NCBI GenBank assembly: GCA_036504335.1
Contig: DASXVJ010000017.1
Span: 17,179 to 81,178, forward strand
Source of the DNA: Thermoanaerobaculia bacterium
Lineage (GTDB): Bacteria; Acidobacteriota; Thermoanaerobaculia; UBA5066
Length of the DNA: 64,000 nucleotides
Reading direction: 5' to 3'
Shown: piece by piece, positions 1 through 8,262 of the stretch
Position numbering within the stretch: the first letter of the stretch is position 1
Layout: the number at the start of each line of letters is the position of its first letter
Position numbers and translations under genes: made by a program
The notes under the pieces: generated by a model
Databases searched by the model: none
The model's input: only the letters and a program-made list of their open reading frames with translations
Told to the model about the DNA's origin: nothing

Positions 1-1557
1 CGCGAGATTTTCGGCCTCACGGCCGCATCGCTCGAGCCGCTGTCCTCCTTCGCCGGCCGGACGCTCGAGGGAACGTGGCGGCTCACCGTCACGGACGCCG
101 TGGCGGGTGGCGCGGGCAGGCTCGTGAGATGGGCGCTCTTCGTCGAGCCGTCGATCCCCGAGCCCGAGCCCGATTTCCCCGGCGCGACGTCCTTCGTCGC
201 GACGTCCGCGCACCGGATCGGAAAGCTCGGGGCCTTCTATACGACCGACGTCCGGCTCTTCAACACGGATCCCTTCCGGACGCACGACGTCCGCCTGCGG
301 TTCTCCCCGGCCGGCGGCGCCCCGCGCACGCTCACCGTGACGCTGCCGCCGCTCGCGACGCGGGCCCTCGAGGACGCCGTGCACGACACGTTCCGGATGG
401 AGGGCTACGGGCCGCTCTTCCTGAGCGCCCCTCCAGGCGTCGTCGCCGCATCCCGAACGTCCACGACCGCGCCGCGCGGCGGGTCTTTCGGGCTCTCGAT
501 CCCCGCCGAAGCCGCGGCCTCGGCCGCGGGGGCGGGCGCGACGCTCGTCCTCGTGCCGTGCTTCAAGGCCGCGGGCTTCCGCGTGAACGTCGGGGTGACG
601 GAGGTCTCCGGCCAGCCGGCCGCCGTCGAAATCGCCGTGCGCGACTCCTCCGGGACGCTGCGTGCCCTGATCCCGCGCGCCGTGCCGGCGGCGGGCCTCG
701 TGCAGGTCAACGACGTCTACGCGCTGACGCGCCTCGCGCCGGACGCCGCCGACCGGATCGAGGTGCGCGTCACCACCGGCCCGGGCCGCGTCGCCGCGTG
801 GGCGACGCCCGTCGACGACTCCACGAACGACGGCTCTTTCGTCTCCGCGCACCCCGCCTCCGCGAACCTGCTCATTCCCGCGGCGGCCCGCGCCTCGGGC
901 CAGTTCGGAGCGCGCTTCGTCACCGACCTCAAGGTCTCGAACGCCGGGCCCGATCCCGTCACCGTCCGGGTCGCGTTTTCCCCTCTCTCCGGGACCGCGC
1001 CCGCGCCCGCCTTCATCGTGCTCCGCGGGAGCCAGACGCGCGCCTTCGACGACGTTCTCGCCACGCTCTTCGGCGCAACGGCCGACACGGCGGGCGCGCT
1101 GCGCGTCTCCGCGCTCGAGGGCGGCTCCGTGTACGCGTCCTCGCGCACGTCGACCACGACGGACGCGGGCCGTTCCTACGGCCTCGCGATCGACCCGGCG
1201 GCCGGGGGCGCGCTGGCGGGGCCCGGCCGTCAGCTCGCGCTCACGTTCCTGTCGTCCTCCGCAGCCCGCCGGACGAACGTCGGCTTCGTCGAGACGTCCG
1301 GCCTGGCGACCCGCGTGACCGCGACGCTCCTCGCCCCGGACGGGACCCGGGTCGCGACACGGGAGCTCGCCCTCGACGCGCTCGGCGCCGTGCAGTGGAA
1401 CGACGTCTTCGCCGCGATGGGGGCCCCGCCGCTCGCCGACGTGTCGCTCATCGTCGACGTCGTTTCGGGCGGGAGCGTCGCCGCGTACGCGATCCTCGTC
1501 GACAACCGGACGAACGACGCGAGCTACTTCGCCGCTTCGCTCGTGCCCGCGCCCTGA
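1..1557 (+). CDS. Secreted repeat protein, 5' end outside window. N-terminal segment resembles a proprotein-convertase P-domain (GTWRLTVTD...G..G.L..W.L), followed by three ~150-aa internal repeats.
   Basis: Reading frame is open from nt 1 and in frame with ORF 100..1557. Motif LEGTWRLTVTDAVAGGAGRLVRWALFVEP matches the P-domain signature. Three repeats each begin with a 'VRLFNTD / VTDLKVSNAG / RTNVGFVETSG'-like block. Confidence 0.6.
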   Translation, partial: REIFGLTAASLEPLSSFAGRTLEGTWRLTVTDAVAGGAGRLVRWALFVEPSIPEPEPDFPGATSFVATSAHRIGKLGAFYTTDVRLFNTDPFRTHDVRLRFSPAGGAPRTLTVTLPPLATRALEDAVHDTFRMEGYGPLFLSAPPGVVAASRTSTTAPRGGSFGLSIPAEAAASAAGAGATLVLVPCFKAAGFRVNVGVTEVSGQPAAVEIAVRDSSGTLRALIPRAVPAAGLVQVNDVYALTRLAPDAADRIEVRVTTGPGRVAAWATPVDDSTNDGSFVSAHPASANLLIPAAARASGQFGARFVTDLKVSNAGPDPVTVRVAFSPLSGTAPAPAFIVLRGSQTRAFDDVLATLFGATADTAGALRVSALEGGSVYASSRTSTTTDAGRSYGLAIDPAAGGALAGPGRQLALTFLSSSAARRTNVGFVETSGLATRVTATLLAPDGTRVATRELALDALGAVQWNDVFAAMGAPPLADVSLIVDVVSGGSVAAYAILVDNRTNDASYFAASLVPAP

Positions 1558-2300
1558 CCGGGTTTTTCCGCGAGGATCAGCGCCGTCACGCCGAACGGCA
1601 GGCGCGCTTTCGCAACGAATCGGGCCTCCAAAGAAAGAAGAAAGAAGAAGATTTCTTCGAATGGTTCAGGAGCGAGGCCAAAATCGCTTCGAACTTCCTC
1701 GCGAGGACGGCCGCGCGCCTTCGCTCCCGTCACCTTTCTGAGAATCCCAATGGGGCCTGCCAGGAAGAAGTTAGCGTAGGTCGTGCGAACCACCGCGAGC
1801 CCGGCGTCTTTCACGAGCTTCTCGAGTCCTCCCGCCGTGTAGCGGCGCAGGGCGCCGACCGCGACGTCGTGCGCGCCCGCGAGGGCGTCGAACGCCGGCG
1901 CCGAGAGCGCGAGCGCCCCGCCCGGCGCGAGGACGCGCGTGATCTCGCGCGCGGCGCGGGCGTCGTCCGGCACCATGTAGAGGACGTCGCGCGAAAGCGC
2001 CGCCCGGAAGGTCGCGGCCCGGAACGGAAGGGCTTCGACCGATGCGCAAACGAGCGGCGCGGCCCCGCGGCGCCTCGCGAAACCGAGGGCGCGCAGCGAG
2101 ACGTCGACCCCCACCGCAGGGCCGCCGGCGGCGAGGTCCACGAGGTTGCGGCCGGTTCCGCAGCCGGCGTCGAGGGCGCGCGCGCCCGCGGCGCGCGTGA
2201 AGATTCCGGGCGCGAACGCGCGCGCGACCGCGCGCATCCCCCGATACCACCAGTACGCGTCCTCGCGGCCGAACATGATCTCGTATTCGCGGTCGTTCAT
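1524..2300 (-). CDS. Class I SAM-dependent methyltransferase. The C-terminal ~45 codons run through palindromic element copy A.
   Basis: LDAGCGTG glycine-rich SAM-binding motif; DVLYMVPD and LAPGGALALS motifs; ~200-aa Rossmann-type layout. The 3' end (nt 1615-1760) is the AT-richer element, read in frame as ...PFEEIFFFLLSLEARF... Confidence 0.7.
   Translation of the reverse strand: MNDREYEIMFGREDAYWWYRGMRAVARAFAPGIFTRAAGARALDAGCGTGRNLVDLAAGGPAVGVDVSLRALGFARRRGAAPLVCASVEALPFRAATFRAALSRDVLYMVPDDARAAREITRVLAPGGALALSAPAFDALAGAHDVAVGALRRYTAGGLEKLVKDAGLAVVRTTYANFFLAGPIGILRKVTGAKARGRPREEVRSDFGLAPEPFEEIFFFLLSLEARFVAKARLPFGVTALILAEKPGQGAGTSEAAK
1615..1760. repeat. Palindromic MITE-like element, copy A (in frame within the methyltransferase 3' end).
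   Basis: Polypurine head aaagaaagaagaaagaagaag + TIR-L GATTTCTTCGAATGG...; degenerate TIR-R ...CACCTTTCTGAGAATCC; local GC ~50 % vs ~70 % background. Confidence 0.6.
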
Positions 2301-2329
2301 CGGACTGGCTGCCTATAATCCGCCCGGTC

Positions 2330-3475
2330 GTGACCTCGCGCCAGCGTGTGATCGGAATGGGCCTCCTGTGGCTCGTTTGCGTGTGGGCCGTCGCGCTCGT
2401 CTCGCCCCGGATCGTCCCCTGGATGACCGGGACCAACCCGTGGACGTGGGACGTGGTTCGCCGCGTCACGCCGCTCACCCGCTGGGACTCGGGCTGGTAC
2501 GTGAACCTCGCCGAGGCCGGCTACTGGGAGCCCCCGACCCGGGTCGGACAGGAGACGAACCACGCGTTCTTTCCTCTCTACCCCGGCCTCATGCGCGGCC
2601 TCGTCCGGACGACGGGGATCGAGACGTCCCTCGCCGGGAATTTCGTCTCCGCCGCCGCGTTCCTCGCGGCCTTGCTTCTCTTCGCGGCGTGGACGAAGCG
2701 GCACTTCGGGGAGGAGCGTGTCCTGCCCGCGGTGCTCGTCCTGCTCGCGTTCCCGACGTCGTTCTTCTTCGCCACCGTGTACACCGAGGCGCTCGCCCTC
2801 GCGCTCGCCCTCGCGGCCGTGCTCTTCTTCGAGCGCGGCCGGCCGCTCGCCGGAGCCGCCGCGGGCGTCCTCGCGGGACTGACGCGGATCACGGGCCTCG
2901 TCCTCGCGCCGTACCTCGCGCTCGTCGCGTGGCGCGCGAGCCGCGAGGCCGGACATTCGGCCGGCCGGGCCGCGGCGCGCGCGGCGTTCGCGGGCGCCTC
3001 TCCGCTCGCGGGATTCGGCCTCTTCTGCCTCTATTTCTGGAGGCGCTTCGGCGACCCTCTCCTCTTCGTGAAGGCGCAGCACAACTGGAGCGGCCAGTCC
3101 AAGTCGATCTTCGACGGGCCGGCGCTCATCTGGCAGGCCGTCGTCGAGGACGTGACGCGCGGCCGGCTGCTCGGGGGCTCGCCCGCGCGGACGTTCGAAG
3201 GGCTCTATCTCCTTCTCTTCCTCGTCCTCGCGGCGGTCCTCCTCGCGCAGAAGCGGCGGCCCGAGGCGTTGTACGTCGTCCTCACCGTCGCGATCGTCCT
3301 CGCGTCCGGCACGCTCGAGAGCGCCGGCCGCTACGTGCTGCCCGCGTTCCCCGCATTCGCAGCGCTCGCCGGCCTCTCCGGCCGCCGCGGTTTCTTCGGC
3401 GCGCTCGTGGCGCTGAGCTCCGTCGCCGGCGCCCTCTACGTGTGGGCGTTCGTCCACTGGTACTGGGCCGGATGA
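2330..3475 (+). CDS. GT-C fold integral membrane glycosyl/mannosyltransferase (PIG-V / DUF2029-like).
   Basis: ~10 predicted TM helices; WDSGWYVNLAEAGY motif typical of PIG-V/bacterial mannosyltransferase families; divergent from the methyltransferase gene; 4-nt ATGA overlap with the downstream lipoprotein gene. Confidence 0.6.
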   Translation: MTSRQRVIGMGLLWLVCVWAVALVSPRIVPWMTGTNPWTWDVVRRVTPLTRWDSGWYVNLAEAGYWEPPTRVGQETNHAFFPLYPGLMRGLVRTTGIETSLAGNFVSAAAFLAALLLFAAWTKRHFGEERVLPAVLVLLAFPTSFFFATVYTEALALALALAAVLFFERGRPLAGAAAGVLAGLTRITGLVLAPYLALVAWRASREAGHSAGRAAARAAFAGASPLAGFGLFCLYFWRRFGDPLLFVKAQHNWSGQSKSIFDGPALIWQAVVEDVTRGRLLGGSPARTFEGLYLLLFLVLAAVLLAQKRRPEALYVVLTVAIVLASGTLESAGRYVLPAFPAFAALAGLSGRRGFFGALVALSSVAGALYVWAFVHWYWAG

Positions 3476-4260
3476 GAAGGACCGCCCCCCTCGCCGCCGC
3501 CGCGCTCGCCCTCGCGGGCCTCGGCTGCCGCCGGACGCCGGCGCCGTTTGGCGCGCACACCGCGTTCGTGCCGGTCGCGTTCCGGTCGAACAACCCCGGA
3601 CGGCCGCCGTGGGCGCCGAGGATCAGCGTGACGAATACGTCCGGCGCCCCGTCCACCGTGCGCCTGACCCGCTGGCCGCCGGACGCCGCCGATTCGGAGT
3701 CGACGCTCATCGGCCTGGCCGCCGGCGAGACGCGGCCCGTGCCTTCGCGCATTCCGCTCGCCAGCGTTTCCTCGTTCTTCTTCGAAGCAGGGTCTTCGTT
3801 CCTCGTCCGGGCGGAGATCGTCGACCGCCGGCGGATCGCCCCGTCACTCGCCGTGCCGGTCCTGAGAGCGGAGGACCTCGCGAGGCCGGGTGACCGTCTC
3901 ACGCTCGGGCCCATCGTGGACACGCCCGGGGAGCGCAGCCACTTCTGCTTCACGTACCCCGGCGTCGAGCGCGACGCCGTGCCTTTCCGCATTCACCTGC
4001 GGCTGACGGCGCCCGGCGGCGGCGCCCTCCTCTGGGAGGGAACGTTCGTCCTCACGGGGCTGCCCCTCGTGATCGACGACCCGTGGAAGCGCTTTCATCT
4101 CGCCCCGGGAACGGCGTTCGACGTCGACGTCGCGTTCCTCGGCAGCGCGAGGGGCCGCCCGGTCGCGCGAGGCATGTGGGTCTACGGCATCACGACCGAC
4201 CGCGCGACCGCGGCCTCGCGGTTCCTCGAGACGCGCGTCGTCCGCAGCTCAGCGCGCTGA
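3472..4260 (+). CDS. Hypothetical lipoprotein.
   Basis: N-terminus MRRTAPLAAAALALAGLGC has a lipobox (LAGLGC); ATG overlaps the stop of the upstream GT-C gene (ATGA); beta-rich sequence without low-complexity GC artefacts. Confidence 0.55.
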   Translation: MRRTAPLAAAALALAGLGCRRTPAPFGAHTAFVPVAFRSNNPGRPPWAPRISVTNTSGAPSTVRLTRWPPDAADSESTLIGLAAGETRPVPSRIPLASVSSFFFEAGSSFLVRAEIVDRRRIAPSLAVPVLRAEDLARPGDRLTLGPIVDTPGERSHFCFTYPGVERDAVPFRIHLRLTAPGGGALLWEGTFVLTGLPLVIDDPWKRFHLAPGTAFDVDVAFLGSARGRPVARGMWVYGITTDRATAASRFLETRVVRSSAR

Positions 4261-5355
4261 GGCGAGCACGGCTTCGATCACCTGGTCCGCCTCCGCATCC
4301 GTCAGCATCGGATCGAGCGGGAGCGAGACGACCTCGCGCATCGCGCGTTCGGTGACCGGGAGAGGCCCGCGCGGAAGAGAGGCGAACGCGGGCTGTTCGT
4401 GCACGGCACGCGGGTAGTGGACGTCGGTCCCGATCCCGCGCTCGGCGAGGCGCGCGCGGAAGGCGTCCCTGTCCGGCACGCGCACGACGTAGAGGTGGTG
4501 GGCCGGCGTCTCGCCCTCCCGCGCGGGGGGCGGAACGCGCACGGCGCCCGCGAGCGCGGAGTCGTACCGGGCGGCGATCGCCGCGCGCCGGCGGTTCCCG
4601 GCGCCGAGCTTGCGCAGCCGGACCCGCAGGGCCGCCGCCTGGACCTCGTCGAGCCGGCTGTTGTACCCCGGCTCCCCGGCGTCGTTGCGCGTCACGTAGC
4701 CGTAGGCCCTGAGGCGCGCGACGCGGTCCGCGACGGCCGCGTCGCCCTCGCCCGCGACCGTCACGGCGCCGCCGTCGCCGAGCGCCCCGAGGTTCTTCGT
4801 CGGGTAGAAGCTCCACGCCGCGGCGCGGCCGAACGTGCCCGCGGGCCGGCCGTTCCATGCGGCGCCGTGCGCCTGCGCGCAGTCCTCGACGAAAACGAGG
4901 CCGCGCGCGCTGGTGAAAGCGGAGAGGGCGTCGACGTCCGCGAGGCGGCCGTAGAGGTGGACGGGCAGGATCGCCTTCGTCCGCGGCGTCACCGCCGCGT
5001 CGAGCGCCCGGGCGTCCATCGTGAGACGTTCCTCGTCGACGTCCACGAAGACCGGCGTCGCGCCAGCCCGCAGAACGCCCGTCGCCGTCGGGGCGCACGT
5101 CATCGACACCGTCAGGACCTCGTCCCCCGGTCCGATCCCGAGCGCGCGCAGGGCGAGCGTGATCGCGTCCGTCCCGTTCGCCACGCCGACCGCGCGCGCG
5201 GCGCCGCAGAAGGCCGCCCACTCGAACTCGAACGCGGCGACCTCGCTGCCGAGGACGTAACGCCCGCGGCGCACGGCGGCGAGCACCGCGGCGGAGAGCT
5301 CGGGCTCGTCGCCCTCGGCGGCCCGCGCGAGGTCGAGGTACGGGACGCCGCTCAC
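4249..5355 (-). CDS. DegT/DnrJ/EryC1/StrS-family PLP-dependent sugar aminotransferase (ArnB/WecE-like).
   Basis: Strong family match across 369 aa (VPYLDL N-terminus, GDEVLTVSMTCAPTA, PLP-lysine region SFYPTKNLGALGDGG). Start placed at GTG 5355 rather than the upstream R/G-rich extension of the 666-aa ORF. Confidence 0.8.
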   Translation of the reverse strand: MSGVPYLDLARAAEGDEPELSAAVLAAVRRGRYVLGSEVAAFEFEWAAFCGAARAVGVANGTDAITLALRALGIGPGDEVLTVSMTCAPTATGVLRAGATPVFVDVDEERLTMDARALDAAVTPRTKAILPVHLYGRLADVDALSAFTSARGLVFVEDCAQAHGAAWNGRPAGTFGRAAAWSFYPTKNLGALGDGGAVTVAGEGDAAVADRVARLRAYGYVTRNDAGEPGYNSRLDEVQAAALRVRLRKLGAGNRRRAAIAARYDSALAGAVRVPPPAREGETPAHHLYVVRVPDRDAFRARLAERGIGTDVHYPRAVHEQPAFASLPRGPLPVTERAMREVVSLPLDPMLTDAEADQVIEAVLASAR

Positions 5356-6116
5356 GGCGAGCCTGCCGCCGCGTGGGCGACGCCGCGCGGCGTGTCGCGC
5401 CTGACCTGGATCTCCCACCAGAGCCGGAGGATGTTCACGCCCGTCGCAAACAGCCGGCGGAAGTTGAAGAACTGGGACTTCCCCGCGACGCGGTGGTAAT
5501 GGTGGACCGGGAAATCCACGAACCGGAAGCCCGCGAGCTCGAGCTTCTTGACGAGCTCGAGACAGATCACCCCGCTGGAGTGCTTCAGCGAGATCGCGTC
5601 GAGCGCCGTGCGGCGGATGAGGCGAAAGTCGCAGTCCACGTCGCGCACGTGGAACTGGAACAGGATCCTCATGAGGACGAGATAGATCTTGCCGATCACG
5701 ACCCGGTGGAGCGGGTCCGACCGGGCGATCTTGTAGCCGTTCACGACGTCGACGCCTTCCTGCAGGACCGGCAGGAACTTCTTCAGCTCGAGGACGTCGT
5801 ACTGGCCGTCCCCGTCCGTGTAGAAGACGAGGTCCTTCGTCGCGCCCGAGATGCCGGAGCGCAGGGCCGCGCCGTACCCGCGGTTGACGCCGTGCGACAC
5901 GACGCGCAGTTCGGGGTACTTCTCCTTCAGGGCCTCGAGGATCTCCGCGCTGTTGTCCTTCGAGCCGTCGTCCACGACGAGGATCTCGAAGTCCCGCCCC
6001 GCCTCGGTGCCGACGACGTGCGCGGCCGCGACGAGCGAGCCGATCGTCGCCGCGTCGTTGAAGCACGGGAAGAACATCGTGAGGCTCCCGGGAGCGGCCG
6101 CCATGGGGACGGACAT
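5352..6116 (-). CDS. GT2 family polyprenyl-phosphate glycosyltransferase (ArnC/DPM1-like).
   Basis: ILVVDDGSKDNS and YTDGDGQY (DXD) motifs; ~250 aa; stop/start overlap with the aminotransferase gene. Confidence 0.8.
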   Translation of the reverse strand: MSVPMAAAPGSLTMFFPCFNDAATIGSLVAAAHVVGTEAGRDFEILVVDDGSKDNSAEILEALKEKYPELRVVSHGVNRGYGAALRSGISGATKDLVFYTDGDGQYDVLELKKFLPVLQEGVDVVNGYKIARSDPLHRVVIGKIYLVLMRILFQFHVRDVDCDFRLIRRTALDAISLKHSSGVICLELVKKLELAGFRFVDFPVHHYHRVAGKSQFFNFRRLFATGVNILRLWWEIQVRRDTPRGVAHAAAGSP

Positions 6117-6148
6117 TGTATCGGGGGCGGCGGGTAGACTCCGCGGCC

Positions 6149-6586
6149 ATGAAGATCGCCCTCGGCTCGGACCACGCCGGCTTCGCGTACAAGGAGAAGA
6201 TCAAGGCCATGCTCCTCGGCCTGGGGCACGACGTGAAGGACTGCGGCACCTACACCGCGGACATGGTCGACTACCCCCTCTTCGTGCGGCCCGCGGCCGA
6301 GGCCGTGGCGCGCGGGGAGTGCGACCGCGGCATCGTCCTCGGCGGCTCCGGGAACGGCGAGGCCATCGTCGCGAACAAGGTGAAGGGGGTCCGCTGCGCG
6401 CTCTGCTGGAGCGAGGCGACCGCGAAGGCCGCCCGCGAGCACAACGACGCAAACGTGCTCTCACTGGGCGAGCGGATGATCCCCGAGGAGACCGCCCTCG
6501 CGGTCGTGCGCACCTTCCTCGAGACGCCCTTCGACCCCGCGGCGGGCGGCGGCCGCCACGCGCGGCGGATCGCGATGATCGAGTGA
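6149..6586 (+). CDS. rpiB: Ribose-5-phosphate isomerase B (RpiB/LacAB family).
   Basis: MKIALGSDHAGF...GIVLGGSGNGEAIVANKVKGVRCALC signature; 145 aa. Confidence 0.8.
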   Translation: MKIALGSDHAGFAYKEKIKAMLLGLGHDVKDCGTYTADMVDYPLFVRPAAEAVARGECDRGIVLGGSGNGEAIVANKVKGVRCALCWSEATAKAAREHNDANVLSLGERMIPEETALAVVRTFLETPFDPAAGGGRHARRIAMIE

Positions 6587-6620
6587 CGGCGACGCCGAAA
6601 TCTGCGATCCTCCGCGGCCC

Positions 6621-8255
6621 ATGATCGCGCTCTCCGGCATCAACAAGCAGTACGGCAGGCAGGTTCTGTTCGTCGACGCCTCCTTCCAGCTGAACGACGG
6701 CGAGAAGATCGGCCTCGTCGGCCCGAACGGGGCCGGCAAGACGACGATCTTCCGCCTCATCACGGGCGAGGAGCACGCCGACGACGGCGACGTGTCCGTG
6801 CCGAAAAAGCTGTCGATCGGCTACTTCAAGCAGGAGATCGACGAGATGGAGGGGCGGCCCGTCCTCGACGAGGCCATCGCGGGAAGCGGGCGCCTCGGCG
6901 ATCTCCACCACGAGCTCATCGACCTCGAGCACGCGCTCGCCGACCCGGCGCAGGCGGGCGACATGGAGAAGATCCTCGAGCGGTTCGGCGAGGTGCAGGG
7001 CGAGTACCAGCAGCGCGGCGGCTACGAGCTCGAGGCGCGCGCCCGCGAGGTTCTCCACGGCCTGGGATTCGACGACGAGCGCGTCGACGGCGACGTGGGC
7101 GCGCTCTCGGGCGGCTGGAAGATGCGCGTCGCGATGGCCAAGGTGCTCCTCGGCAGGCCCGACGTCCTCCTCATGGACGAGCCGACGAACCACCTCGACA
7201 TCGAGTCGATCCTCTGGCTGGAGGGCTACCTCAAGGGGTACCCCGGCTCGCTCCTCATGACGTGCCACGACCGGGACTTCATGAACCGCGTCGTGACGAA
7301 GGTCGTCGAGATCGACGCGGGCGAGACGATCACGTACTCCGGCAACTACGATTTCTACGAGCGCGAGCGCCTCCAGCGCGAAAGCCAGCGCGAAGCCGCG
7401 TTCGCACGGCAGCAGGCGATGCTCGCGAAGGAGAACCGCTTCATCGAGCGCTTCCAGACGCACGCCTCGAAGGCCGCCCAGGTGCAGAGCCGCGTCAAGA
7501 AGCTCGAGAAAATCGAAACGATCGAGCTGCCGAAGAAGCGCGCCGTCGTGCGTTTCGACTTCAAGGCGCCCGCGCGCTCGGGCGACGACGTCGCGGTCCT
7601 CGAGAAGCTTTCGAAGGGCTACGGCTCCAGGCGTCTCTACGACGGCTTCGACTTCCTCATCCGCCGCGGCGAGCGCTGGTGCGTGATGGGCGTGAACGGC
7701 GCCGGGAAGTCCACGCTCCTCAAGATGGTCGCGGGCATGCTGCCGCCCGACGACGGGTCGGTGCGCGTGGGCGCGAGCGTGAGGCTCGGCTACTTCTCGC
7801 AGCAGGCGCTCGACGTCCTCGACCCCGAGCTGACGGTGCTCGAGCAGGTGCAGAAGGACTTCCCCGCCGCCGGCATCGGCGTGCTCCGGGCCCTCGTCGG
7901 CGCTTTCCAGTTCTCGGGCGACGACGTGGACAAGAAGGTCCGCTTCCTCTCGGGCGGCGAGAAGTCCCGCCTCGTGATGGCCCGCATGCTGTTCGACCCG
8001 CCGAACTTCCTCGTGCTGGACGAGCCCACGAACCACCTCGACCTCGCAACGAAGGAGATGCTCGTCGACTCGCTCTCGAAGTTCGAAGGGACGATGCTCT
8101 TCGTCTCCCACGACCGCGCCTTCCTCCGCGGACTCTCGAACCGGGTCCTCGTGCTCTCCGAGAACGACTCGTCCGACCCGCCCCACGCCTACGGCGGCTC
8201 GTACGCCGAGTGGGTGTCGCGAACCGGTCACGAGGCGCCGGGCGTCCACGCATAA
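6621..8255 (+). CDS. ABC-F family ATPase (two tandem ABC domains, no TMD; EttA/Uup-like).
   Basis: Two Walker A motifs (GPNGAGKTT, GVNGAGKST), two LSGG signatures, inter-domain linker; 544 aa. Confidence 0.85.
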   Translation: MIALSGINKQYGRQVLFVDASFQLNDGEKIGLVGPNGAGKTTIFRLITGEEHADDGDVSVPKKLSIGYFKQEIDEMEGRPVLDEAIAGSGRLGDLHHELIDLEHALADPAQAGDMEKILERFGEVQGEYQQRGGYELEARAREVLHGLGFDDERVDGDVGALSGGWKMRVAMAKVLLGRPDVLLMDEPTNHLDIESILWLEGYLKGYPGSLLMTCHDRDFMNRVVTKVVEIDAGETITYSGNYDFYERERLQRESQREAAFARQQAMLAKENRFIERFQTHASKAAQVQSRVKKLEKIETIELPKKRAVVRFDFKAPARSGDDVAVLEKLSKGYGSRRLYDGFDFLIRRGERWCVMGVNGAGKSTLLKMVAGMLPPDDGSVRVGASVRLGYFSQQALDVLDPELTVLEQVQKDFPAAGIGVLRALVGAFQFSGDDVDKKVRFLSGGEKSRLVMARMLFDPPNFLVLDEPTNHLDLATKEMLVDSLSKFEGTMLFVSHDRAFLRGLSNRVLVLSENDSSDPPHAYGGSYAEWVSRTGHEAPGVHA

Positions 8256-8262
8256 TCCGCGG

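Noticed and set aside
75-2318. 747-aa + strand ORF overlapping the P-domain protein and antisense to the methyltransferase
   Set aside because: Arg/Gly/Pro/Ala-rich low-complexity translation typical of an out-of-frame high-GC artefact; overlaps two genes with real family signatures.
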